Assembly (NCBI GenBank): GCA_027317865.1
Contig: DAHVQG010000006.1
Span: 110,257 to 174,256 of the forward strand
Reading direction: 5' to 3'
Origin: Bdellovibrionales bacterium
GTDB lineage: Bacteria > Bdellovibrionota > Bdellovibrionia > Bdellovibrionales > UBA1609
DNA: 64,000 bases
The position numbers and the translations under genes are program-made. The notes beneath the pieces were generated by a model, which ran no database searches, was not told where the DNA came from, and saw only the letters and a list, made by a program, of their open reading frames with translations. Below, piece by piece: positions 43,150-53,126 of the stretch (position 1 is the first letter of the stretch; every line of letters starts with the position of its first letter).

Positions 43150-44016
43150 ATGGATACATCATCTAATGCACCTAAAACTGTAAACACGAACCGTCGCACA
43201 GCTCTCTACGCGCGAGTGAGTACCGACCAACAATCAAACGGCCTTGACGCCCAGATCAGAGCACTCAGGCAATTCTGCGAACAAAATAAAATCACAAATT
43301 TTGAGATTTTTGCTGACGAGAACCAATCCGGCACGAAAGCATCCAGGCCCGCCCTTGACCGAATGATGGCTGCCGTTGAACGGGGCGAAATTGAAAACGT
43401 TATTGTTTTTGCATTTTCACGATATGCACGCTCTGTCTCTCACATGCTTAAAGGCTTAGAGGTCATGCGCAAGTATAAAACCAATTTTGTCTCGTTAAGT
43501 GAAAAGCTCGATCTTAACACAAGTCTTGGAAATGTCGTATTCATAATCATAAGTGCAATCGCGCAGTTAGAGCGGGATCTGATAGCGGAGCGCGTGCGCA
43601 ACGGACTCGCAGCAGCGCGTGCTCGCGGTAAAAGAATCGGTCGCGAGCGAAAGCGTAACTCCAAACTCATAGAGGAGTTACTTAATGCAGGCCTAAGCTA
43701 TCGCGAAGTCGCAAAGATTGCCAAATGTAGTCACGGAAGTGTCCACAGCCAAAAAGTCGAAATGAAAAAACGGTTAGCCGAAGAGGAGCGACAACGACTC
43801 GCCGAAATTGAGCGAAAGAAAGAAGAAGAAAAGCAACTAGAAGCACAGACACGATTTTTAATTGATTCAAGGACTAAACAGTTCAATGAAAACCCCCTGC
43901 CACTACTGTCACCGGCACCGACAACGCCACCAAGTAATGAAGCGTCACCAGCGCAAAAATCGTTGTCAGGAGGCCAAAACACGTCAACGTCATATCCGTC
44001 CACACAACCGAATTAA
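43150..44016 (+). CDS. Serine recombinase, resolvase/invertase family
   Basis: YARVST, SG..ASRP.L, SRYARS and ERDLIAER..G motifs; HTH; low-complexity tail. Confidence 0.93.
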   Translation: MDTSSNAPKTVNTNRRTALYARVSTDQQSNGLDAQIRALRQFCEQNKITNFEIFADENQSGTKASRPALDRMMAAVERGEIENVIVFAFSRYARSVSHMLKGLEVMRKYKTNFVSLSEKLDLNTSLGNVVFIIISAIAQLERDLIAERVRNGLAAARARGKRIGRERKRNSKLIEELLNAGLSYREVAKIAKCSHGSVHSQKVEMKKRLAEEERQRLAEIERKKEEEKQLEAQTRFLIDSRTKQFNENPLPLLSPAPTTPPSNEASPAQKSLSGGQNTSTSYPSTQPN

Positions 44017-44026
44017 TCAGTGGCGT

Positions 44027-44062
44027 AGGCGCCCGAGCGAGAAATCGCCGGGCGTCTTTTTT
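44027..44062 (+). terminator. Intrinsic terminator after the recombinase
   Basis: GGCGCCCG..GCGA-gaaa-TCGC-CGGGCGTC followed by a T-run. Confidence 0.75.
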
Positions 44063-44239
44063 ATTATCCTCAGTGAACAAAACGCTCGTCTTTCTGTGCA
44101 AATTGATTTTTGTCCCATGAAAGTCGCAAATCAGATCGATCAAAGAGGAGACGTTAGTGCGGCAACGCCGAGGGGACAAAAATTTAAGCGGTCACATTAT
44201 TGGAGCTCACCTGAAAGCCAAGCCTTCAGGTAGCAAGTG

Positions 44240-44680
44240 TCATTCGACCAAAACTTTGAAGCTAAGGCTCCTGACTCTCTTAACAAGGCTCTGATCTAAT
44301 TTTTTGTCTATAGCTATGCACTGCTCAGCTTGAACAAATATTCCAGCAGTAAACCAAAGACGTAATTGGTTATTGTCGTTCTCGACTCTTAATTGGCAGC
44401 CGTTTTCATAGTCAGCGATCGAAATACCGTTTTGATTGTCCCAATTAGGATTACTTGATGAAAGAATGCTCAACAATGTGTGGCCCCGAAGTCCCTGAAT
44501 GGGTAACACGCAAGAAGCTTGGGAATTCACATCTGTTAGCACGGGCGCTCGACTCGCACAGGCTCGAATGGCGGCATCACTTAAATCTACCGTAACTTCT
44601 GTTACCTGTACGTTTGAGCTCTGTGCAAATAACGAGGGTGTCACGAATAACATAAGCAAAATTAAGATAGTATATTTCAT
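44240..44680 (-). CDS. Hypothetical secreted protein
   Basis: AGGAG RBS; signal peptide MKYTILILL...FA; four Cys. Confidence 0.7.
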   Translation of the reverse strand: MKYTILILLMLFVTPSLFAQSSNVQVTEVTVDLSDAAIRACASRAPVLTDVNSQASCVLPIQGLRGHTLLSILSSSNPNWDNQNGISIADYENGCQLRVENDNNQLRLWFTAGIFVQAEQCIAIDKKLDQSLVKRVRSLSFKVLVE

Positions 44681-45215
44681 ACCGATACTCCTATGATATG
44701 TTTCTAAAATTAAATAGGAACAGGTTCGGACGAAGTATATCAAAGACCAGAAGTCGGCGCGACTGTAACGTTTTAGTCAGTCGTGAACTTTTTGCGTGCC
44801 AAAACCTAATTTCACCTGGCATATACGTGATCTGATGAAAACCGATGTTATGACCGAGCAGATGGGGACGACCGTTTAGCTAAATTGCATTCCTGCTGAG
44901 CGAATCGACGGCTAAAAGGTGCGCTTAAACCTTGTCCCCACGTGCTTGGTCAGTAAGCGGCAGATAATGACCGGAGATGCGAATTTGAATTAAACGGCAT
45001 TATCGAAGTCGAAACACGATTTTGGGATGGGCATCTGCCCGATGTCTTTTGAAATCACCACAGTACCACGCTGACTTTAAGCTGTGTTTTCTTGACCAAA
45101 GCCGGAAATTTTACGGATGACACCGCTCGGATTAACACAGTTACATTGGACAACTCGACGCTTGACCATCTTGAACGACAGCGCCGCCGCCAGAGGCAAG
45201 CGACGCGAAATACAC

Positions 45216-46697
45216 CTATTTAAACCATGGCTGAGCCCGCCAGAGCATTTTGGCAATAATCGCTTGCCCAATTTCACTTGGGTGAAAACAATCCCAAGCC
45301 AGATCCTCAGGTTTTACGTCGAACTGTGATAACACGTCGGTCGCCGTAACCTCCAAATGTTTTGACCTTGCGTATTTTTTCGCAAGATTCTCAAGAGCTA
45401 TGTTGTATCTTTGCTCTCGCGCAATAACGAGTTCCGGATTAGAATAAAGTAGCGGACACGCTTTGGTAGATACCGTATGAATTTTTTTGCAAGACCATCC
45501 GCCCAATCCTTTTGCCTGCCAAATAATAGGTTTGAGAATTTGATCGATAGGCGGTGGACCCACAAGAAGCACCTCGACCGGATCAGTTGATTCCACCGCA
45601 TCAAGAGTTTGAAGAATATGATTGATGTTGGTTTGAAATTGTCTGGTTGAAACCCCATCACAAATGTCATTTGCACCATAGAATACTATGAATTGTCGTT
45701 TATCCCGCGCCGAATATTTCCACGTATTAACTATTTCGGTTTTAGCGGCCAATATTCCATCTTTAGAAACGGCACCAAGTTCGCTTTTGTTTATAACTTT
45801 TGCCCAACCTAGGTGATGTTTTTTTAAGTACATATTGAGTAAGTCCATATAAGAATAATCGGTCTTACTGTTCAGCCATGATAAATTGAAATTTGAAGGT
45901 AGATACTCTTCGAAGTTTGGTATTCCGAAATAGCCGATCCCAGATGAATGAACGCCAATGCGAATCGGCGGCTTCCAGCCGTTAAGTTGAGACTGAGCTA
46001 GATATCCATAGGTGATAGAATCCCCAAGCGCAGTTACTATAACATTTGGTCGTGAAAAATGAAGTTTTCGAGCTTTGCGAACTTTTGCCCACTTGAATAA
46101 GGCCGCTCGCGCACTCGCCTCATTCAAAATATCCATATTATCAAATTCTTCGCGGGAAATGAGCGCAATCGTATTTGTAAACACTTTATTTGAAGGGTCC
46201 GATAGTCCCTTTAATATGACAGGTAACCGTTGATCTTCATTACGCGTGTATTCAAGAAAAATCGCGTAAGCTTGAGCTCGAACGTCAGCATTTGTACTTT
46301 TTGTAAGTTCCTTCACTTTCGCAATGGACTGTGAGTTCAATCCACCCAAATAGTAGAACTCCTTAAGGGAGACAATCTGTATAGTCACATTTGACGAATC
46401 TAACCCCTTACGAAATAAGGAGAGTAGTGCCATTCGTTGCGTGAACGAAGGCACGCGCATTCTGTACCCAAGTGACAACTCTTCAGCTGTGGGCCGACCA
46501 TGAAAAGCCGTGCCGTTTATCACGCCAATGAGGTAACCGGGATCCACCTTCAACTGTCCATTTATGAACATTTTGATTTCTTCGTAGTTCTTATCAAACA
46601 CAGCATCGGGGGTTTTGCTCAGTGATGGCTTGGCCCAGCATACAACTGCCAAAACAATGATATAAAAAATGGCTATCGAAGATCGCATAGTGGACAT
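45216..46697 (-). CDS. Secreted SGNH/GDSL hydrolase with N-terminal HEAT-like region
   Basis: ALGDSIT, YGANDIC and DCFHPS blocks; signal peptide. Confidence 0.85.
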   Translation of the reverse strand: MSTMRSSIAIFYIIVLAVVCWAKPSLSKTPDAVFDKNYEEIKMFINGQLKVDPGYLIGVINGTAFHGRPTAEELSLGYRMRVPSFTQRMALLSLFRKGLDSSNVTIQIVSLKEFYYLGGLNSQSIAKVKELTKSTNADVRAQAYAIFLEYTRNEDQRLPVILKGLSDPSNKVFTNTIALISREEFDNMDILNEASARAALFKWAKVRKARKLHFSRPNVIVTALGDSITYGYLAQSQLNGWKPPIRIGVHSSGIGYFGIPNFEEYLPSNFNLSWLNSKTDYSYMDLLNMYLKKHHLGWAKVINKSELGAVSKDGILAAKTEIVNTWKYSARDKRQFIVFYGANDICDGVSTRQFQTNINHILQTLDAVESTDPVEVLLVGPPPIDQILKPIIWQAKGLGGWSCKKIHTVSTKACPLLYSNPELVIAREQRYNIALENLAKKYARSKHLEVTATDVLSQFDVKPEDLAWDCFHPSEIGQAIIAKMLWRAQPWFK

Positions 46698-47289
46698 AAT
46701 AGCAGCTAAGGTGAATTAGCCCAATACAAACACTTTTCAAAAACTGTTTAATTAATTGTCCATTTGAGGGAAGTCTCCGGGGGCCGGTGACCCTAACTCA
46801 CGCACAGTTGAGCTGGTTGGAGCTGGGTTGTCTCTCATTATAGTGATGGCCGCCTGAGCGGCCAAATCCCGACAGATCCACCCAGCGACCACGAAAGTGC
46901 GCCTTCGTGATCTGAGCGGTCACCGTGCTTTCAAAACTGCCATAACTCTCGTCGCACGCGGATGCCCTCCGGAGCCAATTATTTCAAATGATATGCGCTT
47001 ATCGTGCATAAATGCGCTGACTTGAAAGGCGCACCAACCTGACCGAATCCAAAATCCGTAGTGGGGACGAAAAAATATCGTGGTCATAAATTCAGTTTAA
47101 ATATGGACAAGCCAGGAGATGAGATTCGTCATGCAAAGTCGCGGGAAAGGCTCGCGGCAAAATTTGTCCATCGGGTCTTCGGCGTTTAAATTGCTCGCCA
47201 ACCAGTAATTGTCAGATCACCTATACGGTAGAACAGGCCACAGGCCCCCGGAGATATCTGTTATCGATGCAAATAATTTCTGATTTGGT

Positions 47290-48405
47290 TCAAAAGCGAC
47301 ACTGAATTCCAGCGTCCGTGGAAAAGATAGTTTGGTTAATGCTGTTTTTTAAGTCCTTGCTGGTTGGCGTGTCGTACGCCGAAAAACCATAAGTTTCATA
47401 TTGCGCCAAGAAATCACCAAAAAGATAAAATGGAAATGAGAGCCTATATGCTAGCGCGTATTTCGCATAACCGCCCATTAAGTTTGAGGTTGAGTTGATC
47501 CCGCTTGCATTGACTATTCCATAGACAAGACCAATGCCAACGCTTTCGCCAAGTCGTGATCGTCCAAAACTACCCGTTAATCCCAGCGTCAAGTTATTTC
47601 CGGTTGCCGTTTGAAAGGCGTAATTGCTTGAAGCATTTCGAATGAAAAAAGGCAAATTGCCGAGCGTATAGCCAAAATCACTTGCAATTTTCACACGTTG
47701 TATTGGTTGCCACGATAAAGTGTGCGTGTAGTCAAGCGCGTACTCAAAATCAGAAAATGTGACATTCGCGCCTGTTGGGAGGGAACCAACACCTTGCGCC
47801 GAAGTTAGCGTCAGTGAAATATGATTTTTGTGATTGATTGCGTGACCGAGGCCAACTGTGCTACCAAATATTGCGAAGCTATTTTTCCAAGAAAATGTGG
47901 AATTTGATTGAGACCAACTAAATAACTTTAAAACAGGCCCAATGTTTGCGTACCATTTCGTCGGTGGTTCGGTCACATTACCGCTTGTTATTTTAACCGA
48001 ACGCTTTGTCACATCCATCAGAAGAATGTAATGCTGAGTGTAGCCACGAGTGGTTGTTGCGGCGATAGGGATCTCAATGTTGGCGTAAGGGAGGTTCATA
48101 AAGAATTTAAATTCGCCGTTTGGTCTCAAAATGATATCAGAAGATTTAATGCCCAATTCTTTAAATGATAGATCACGTACTTTTTTGCCGCCATAGATAG
48201 CGACAGTACCGCTTTCTAATTGAATTTTAGTTCCTGGATTAGCTTGCCCCGACAATTGAACCCACGAATGAGTGGCGTCTGTGGTTTGTTTGATCGTTGG
48301 TTGATACCACTGAATGGCGCCGGTATTCTTTTGCACAGGTGACGCGTGAGCAATACCTGCGCCAAACAATAGCAAATAGCCAAAAGGTAAGATCGCTCGT
48401 AGCAT
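47290..48405 (-). CDS. Putative outer-membrane beta-barrel protein with N-terminal Ig-like domain
   Basis: Signal peptide; alternating aromatic strands; terminal Phe. Confidence 0.65.
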   Translation of the reverse strand: MLRAILPFGYLLLFGAGIAHASPVQKNTGAIQWYQPTIKQTTDATHSWVQLSGQANPGTKIQLESGTVAIYGGKKVRDLSFKELGIKSSDIILRPNGEFKFFMNLPYANIEIPIAATTTRGYTQHYILLMDVTKRSVKITSGNVTEPPTKWYANIGPVLKLFSWSQSNSTFSWKNSFAIFGSTVGLGHAINHKNHISLTLTSAQGVGSLPTGANVTFSDFEYALDYTHTLSWQPIQRVKIASDFGYTLGNLPFFIRNASSNYAFQTATGNNLTLGLTGSFGRSRLGESVGIGLVYGIVNASGINSTSNLMGGYAKYALAYRLSFPFYLFGDFLAQYETYGFSAYDTPTSKDLKNSINQTIFSTDAGIQCRF

Positions 48406-48555
48406 AATTTAAGTTTGAAATTTGTTACAAAATGATACAAGACTCATTTTTAGCGTAAAGCTACACAACAACCCAGACCACGGATCAATTCGGACCAAAG
48501 CCAACACCAGACCAAAGCCTTTAAGAAAAACCCATAATATTCCGATACATTAGGT

Positions 48556-50979
48556 ATGAAATGGCGGTACGTTTTTTTATTGATTTTGCCTATTTTCGCC
48601 TCCGGTTGCGGTAAACTTTGGTTTTCTTTAACGCAAAATAATCCCTCATCGTCCGGACCGATAAGCTACAAACTCGTCTTTACGACCGAGCCATCTTCAA
48701 GCATTGCAGCAGGCGCAACTCTGCCAACTGGTGGAGTGATCGAAGTTGAAGACAATAACGGCAATTTGATTACAAGCGGCGCGCTTTCTACCGCTACGAT
48801 CAATCTTTCAGATGCGAGCGACAACGGCAATATTGCCGGTGCGACAAGTGTGACGGCAGTTGGCGGAATTGCCACAATTCCCAACAATACTTTGATGTTT
48901 GAAAAGTCTGGAACGACAAATCTTGCGGCCACGACAACAGTATCGGGTTACGGTACTTTGAGCACTAATAGCGCGGCGATTTCTATTGCGACGCCGTCCT
49001 TTTCAACAGTGAGTGATTTTTCTGGGCCCGACGATCCGAACGGCGACGTTAATGGTAATGGCACAACTTCGGCACAGCTTTGGTATCCCATGGGGCTCGC
49101 AACGGATGGTACTTATATTTATATCGCAGAAGGCTGGCCGGCGTGCGTGATTCGACGATACGAGATTGCTTCGCCTTACGCTGTTACGACTTGGACCGGT
49201 CAATTATATAATTGTGGTTCTACCGATGGGGCTGTGGGTACCAATACAATTGGTGTGAACTGGTTGAATTTTAAGCCTATGGAGTTAGCAATAGATAGTA
49301 GTTATCTTTATTTCACAGATGACGACAGTTGTGCGATTCGTCGCGCGGCCTTAAGCAACGGGGCTGTTACAACAATTGCAGGGGGAGCAACCTGCGGATA
49401 CCTGGATAGTTCGACGGGGACGAGTGCCGAATTCAATAACATCGGCGCCATATATGTAGTGGGCTCAACGTTGTACGTTGCCGATAACGGTAATCATCGC
49501 ATTCGCGCCGTTGATTTATCAGCCTCGCCATACGCGGTCACAACAGTAGAAGGCAACGGGACGGGCGCCATCCAGGATAGCAGCCCGGGGCCAACTGAAG
49601 TGGATTCAATTAGCTATTTCACAGCCGACTCGAATTATTTATATTTCTCCGATTACGATGGAACCAACTCTGATATTCGTGAAATGGCTCTTGTCGGCGG
49701 GGCTGTCACAACCTTGCAAACTGGCCTCAACAGTTCAATTTGTGGCGGCTCGCAAGTCGGCTCGCTCGCGGTTATTGGCACGACGATGTACTTCAATTGC
49801 CAAGAAATGATTGAATCCGCAACAATCGGCACTTGGACATGGTCAACCGTTGCGGGGTTGTCATGGGTACGGGGCGATATCGATGGCGGCGCCGGGACAT
49901 CCGAGCTAACAGGCGCTCAACTTATGAGCAGCGGCACCAATGTTTATTTCACTGACGGCACAAATGGCCTTCTCCGCGTGCTTGACGACACCAATACAGT
50001 TACGACTATCGCCGGGAAGGCGAACTCTGGGGTTGGCTGGGTCCAGAACGCGACTGCTGCCAACTCACGATTTCAGAAATTGCAAGACATCGTGAGCGAC
50101 GGAACTAATTTGTATGCTTATGACTATTCTCAGATTATTCCTGTGATTTCGATGAGCAACGGATCGACTGGAACACCGCTAGGATTAAGTTGGGGTCTTA
50201 ACAACAACTCGAATCAAGTGATGGCGTATATGGACGGCAAAATTTATTTCGCCCTTCCCTGCCAGATTCTTGAAATTGACCCGATTGCGAATTCTAAGGT
50301 TGTTCTTGCCGGCACCGGCACATGCGGCGAAGCGGAGGGCAGCTTTACGTCGGCGGAGTTTACCGACATCACCGGTATTACAACGGATCAACATAACCTA
50401 TATATATTTGACAACAGCGCCATAAAAAAACTGAACTTTGCGACTCAAACCGTCAGTGTACTGTCAGGTACGGCGGGGACTACGGGATGCACGACCGGCA
50501 CTGCGTCGGCATCAAAGTACAATAGTAACGGCGATGATAATACTCCAATGATGTATTTGAACGGAAACGTCTATTTTACCGAGTACTGTAACGGCAATTC
50601 CATCGTCCAGGTGAATACATCGACCGGCACATCATCCATTTTGGCCGGTAACGGCAGCTTTGGTTACACAAATGGTACGCTTTTGAATTCACAGTTTGGT
50701 GGCGGCGGTGATTACGGTAACTCGCTGTCGCTCACTACGGATGGCGTCTATATTTACGTCGACGATTATCCGAACGGCGTCATTCGTAAGGTGGATATTG
50801 GCGGCAACGCGGTCACGACGTTCATGGGCTCAACAAGTCAAAAGTGGCAGGTTGACGGCGCACTATCTACAGCGACTGAAAGTGTGCCTACACCGGATTT
50901 AGAGGATATTCGCGCTATATATTACGGCTACGGCAAACTCTTTATGGTCCATATGAACGGTATCCGCGAGATACAGTAG
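48556..50979 (+). CDS. Lipoprotein with Ig-like domain and NHL-repeat beta-propellers
   Basis: ASGC lipobox; repeated GLATDG..IYIAE, LYVADNGNHRIR and VTTIAG motifs. Confidence 0.85.
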   Translation: MKWRYVFLLILPIFASGCGKLWFSLTQNNPSSSGPISYKLVFTTEPSSSIAAGATLPTGGVIEVEDNNGNLITSGALSTATINLSDASDNGNIAGATSVTAVGGIATIPNNTLMFEKSGTTNLAATTTVSGYGTLSTNSAAISIATPSFSTVSDFSGPDDPNGDVNGNGTTSAQLWYPMGLATDGTYIYIAEGWPACVIRRYEIASPYAVTTWTGQLYNCGSTDGAVGTNTIGVNWLNFKPMELAIDSSYLYFTDDDSCAIRRAALSNGAVTTIAGGATCGYLDSSTGTSAEFNNIGAIYVVGSTLYVADNGNHRIRAVDLSASPYAVTTVEGNGTGAIQDSSPGPTEVDSISYFTADSNYLYFSDYDGTNSDIREMALVGGAVTTLQTGLNSSICGGSQVGSLAVIGTTMYFNCQEMIESATIGTWTWSTVAGLSWVRGDIDGGAGTSELTGAQLMSSGTNVYFTDGTNGLLRVLDDTNTVTTIAGKANSGVGWVQNATAANSRFQKLQDIVSDGTNLYAYDYSQIIPVISMSNGSTGTPLGLSWGLNNNSNQVMAYMDGKIYFALPCQILEIDPIANSKVVLAGTGTCGEAEGSFTSAEFTDITGITTDQHNLYIFDNSAIKKLNFATQTVSVLSGTAGTTGCTTGTASASKYNSNGDDNTPMMYLNGNVYFTEYCNGNSIVQVNTSTGTSSILAGNGSFGYTNGTLLNSQFGGGGDYGNSLSLTTDGVYIYVDDYPNGVIRKVDIGGNAVTTFMGSTSQKWQVDGALSTATESVPTPDLEDIRAIYYGYGKLFMVHMNGIREIQ

Positions 50980-51007
50980 ATGTCCAGTAGATCTACCGAA
51001 TTCGTTT

Positions 51008-51133
51008 AGTTTTTCGACATTATAAAAAGTTCGACGGCTTTTTTATGAATTGGATCAGTTTGAGATGCTCAATGCGAATTTAATTGATGCGAATACAATT
51101 TTCATGAAGTTGGTTGGTCAAATATTTGCATAG
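51008..51133 (+). repeat. Duplicated promoter region copy 1, containing sigma54 motif TGGTCA-AATAT-TTGCA (51115-51130)
   Basis: Aligns by eye with 52979-53105. Confidence 0.8.
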
Positions 51134-51158
51134 TATATAATCTGAAGGAAATATCAAT

Positions 51159-52865
51159 ATGGGAAGATTACGTACTAAACCATCGCAAGGTAAATTGAAA
51201 AGTGTCGAAAGAAATGTCGACTATTCACGGCGCGACTTTATAAAACAAGCCGCACTTGTTGCTGGTTTAAGTGCAGTGCCATTTAGCTTTTGGACATTTG
51301 GTGACCGCGCACGAGCGCAGACTACAAGCGTACAGTACAACCAAAATGTGATTGGACAGCTTCCCGACTTTTATATCTCTCCCAGTGTTGCTATTGGTGC
51401 AGGCAGCGGAACGCAGGCGGATCCGTGGGGGATAGATGCTCTCGGCTACAATGACAGTAGCGGCAACTACCACCCTGGGAAACGTTCTTTATACACGGGG
51501 AAGGTCGTCGGCCTCATGGACGGCACTTATTCGCTACACACGCTACTGGGGACTCCATGCCCCGGTGATTTCAGTGGCGGCAATTGGATCGGTGTGGCGC
51601 CGAATACGGCTGCCACTCCTACTATCGTTGTTTCGCAGACTCCGCAGGGCGCGATTATCGATGGTCAGCGTGATGCGATTTACGCTGCTGATCCGACGCT
51701 CGACTGGGGGTGCGGGTTACTTGGCCCACAAACCTTCGGTTACGGCCAATATGGCATCGGCCTTATCATTGACGGTCTCAAGTTTCAGGGTGCCAATTAC
51801 CGTTGCATTACGAACTACGGGGGCGCTTACCCCTCTGGGCGCGGTGGTAACGGGAACAACGGCTGTGATAATCTTACTGTGCGCAACTGCTGGTTTGCCG
51901 ATCAGTCATACATCACCTGCCAGATGCCAGGTAAAAATGCCGCGATGTTCTACAGCGAAGGTTCTTACCAAATTTACGTGCAAAATTGCCGTTTTGATCA
52001 GGGAAGTGCCCCGAGTGATACCAATCGCGAGGCACTTCTCCAGTTTTACTCTCCGACCATAGACACAATTGTTGAATACTCCACGTTCACGGCGCCGCCC
52101 GCCAGTTCCAATGGCATCTACTGGAAGTGCGGACCGTCACCGGGCCACCAGCAGGCGGTCGCGCGGTACAACTACGTTGACATGTCGCTCACCACTACGA
52201 CAAATAGTGTCGGCGCAATCATGTTCGACGGTACAACCGTGACGACAGATACGTGGCAGGTATATAACAACATCATTATTGCGACGATAGGCAATCCGGC
52301 TATCTGGTTCGACACTTCTGGAGGGCCCGGTGGTGACTCCGGAATCTGGGATATACACGACAATACCATCGTTGGTAACTGGAGTAGCAAGGGAATGATC
52401 TACTCCACGAATAATTGGGGTATTAAACCGACTGCTGTCAACTTCTACAATAATATCGTTGCGCCATCTTTGGGTGGAGGTCAGACGGGTGATTTCCAGG
52501 TACCTGCCATCAGCGAGATCAGTGAAGTCAACTACAATCTTTATCCGACTGTGGTTCATTTTGGCGTAGGTAACAGCTCCGCATTTGCATCCCTAGCATC
52601 CTGGCAATCCGCCACCTCAACAGCTGGTCATGCGGCGGATATGAACTCCGCGCAGGGCAATCCACTTTTCGTGGCTACGGGAACGGAGGCAGATTATTAT
52701 CGCCTAGCTTCGGGATCTCCCGCGCTGACCTTGAGTTCCGGAGGCAAAGAAATCGGGGCGTGGGGAAATGGCGCTACGCAAATCGGCAACAATTTTTCTT
52801 CAAGTGGTGTAAGTGGCGGTACAACTAAAACTCCGATGGCGCCGACATTATTGAAAGTTGTTTAA
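51159..52865 (+). CDS. Tat-exported parallel beta-helix (pectin-lyase-like) protein
   Basis: SRRDFIK twin-arginine signal; YISP..G.G...PW motif; VYNNII/IHDNTI/FYNNIV beta-helix turns. Confidence 0.8.
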   Translation: MGRLRTKPSQGKLKSVERNVDYSRRDFIKQAALVAGLSAVPFSFWTFGDRARAQTTSVQYNQNVIGQLPDFYISPSVAIGAGSGTQADPWGIDALGYNDSSGNYHPGKRSLYTGKVVGLMDGTYSLHTLLGTPCPGDFSGGNWIGVAPNTAATPTIVVSQTPQGAIIDGQRDAIYAADPTLDWGCGLLGPQTFGYGQYGIGLIIDGLKFQGANYRCITNYGGAYPSGRGGNGNNGCDNLTVRNCWFADQSYITCQMPGKNAAMFYSEGSYQIYVQNCRFDQGSAPSDTNREALLQFYSPTIDTIVEYSTFTAPPASSNGIYWKCGPSPGHQQAVARYNYVDMSLTTTTNSVGAIMFDGTTVTTDTWQVYNNIIIATIGNPAIWFDTSGGPGGDSGIWDIHDNTIVGNWSSKGMIYSTNNWGIKPTAVNFYNNIVAPSLGGGQTGDFQVPAISEISEVNYNLYPTVVHFGVGNSSAFASLASWQSATSTAGHAADMNSAQGNPLFVATGTEADYYRLASGSPALTLSSGGKEIGAWGNGATQIGNNFSSSGVSGGTTKTPMAPTLLKVV

Positions 52866-52891
52866 TCGAACTACGCAAGGGGGCAAAGAAT

Positions 52892-52981
52892 ATGAACTTT
52901 AAATTTAATTTTAACCAAAGACGTACGCGAGCCGCTCTTGTTGGCAAATTATTTATAAGCAGACTTCGTAATTATGAGTAG
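52892..52981 (+). pseudogene. Truncated 5' remnant of the FN3 lipoprotein gene
   Basis: MNFKFNFNQRRTRAALVG... versus MNLKFNFYSHRMRVALIG at 54913; stops after 29 codons. Confidence 0.7.
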
Positions 52982-53105
52982 TTTTTCGACATGATAAAAA
53001 GTTCGACGGCTTTTCTGTGAAGTGAATCAAATCGAGATGCTCAATGGGAATTGAATCGATTTGATTTTGATTTTCATGAAGATAACTGGTCAAAAATTTG
53101 CACAG
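52979..53105 (+). repeat. Duplicated promoter region copy 2, containing sigma54 motif TGGTCA-AAAAT-TTGCA (53087-53102)
   Basis: Shares TAGTTTTTCGACAT..TAAAAAGTTCGACGGCTTTT, GAGATGCTCAATG and TTTTCATGAAG with copy 1. Confidence 0.8.
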
Positions 53106-53126
53106 CATATTAGGGGGGATATCATC

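Noticed and set aside
43150-44016. Serine recombinase as the island's integrase
   Set aside because: Small resolvase-type architecture, without the recombinase and zinc-ribbon domains of large serine integrases.
44786-44801. Minus-strand sigma54 promoter (TGGCAC)
   Set aside because: The -12 GC is absent at the required spacing.
46750-47280. Riboswitch or ncRNA in the GC-rich intergenic region
   Set aside because: A few short hairpins, but no c-di-GMP or other consensus I could match; needs an Rfam search.
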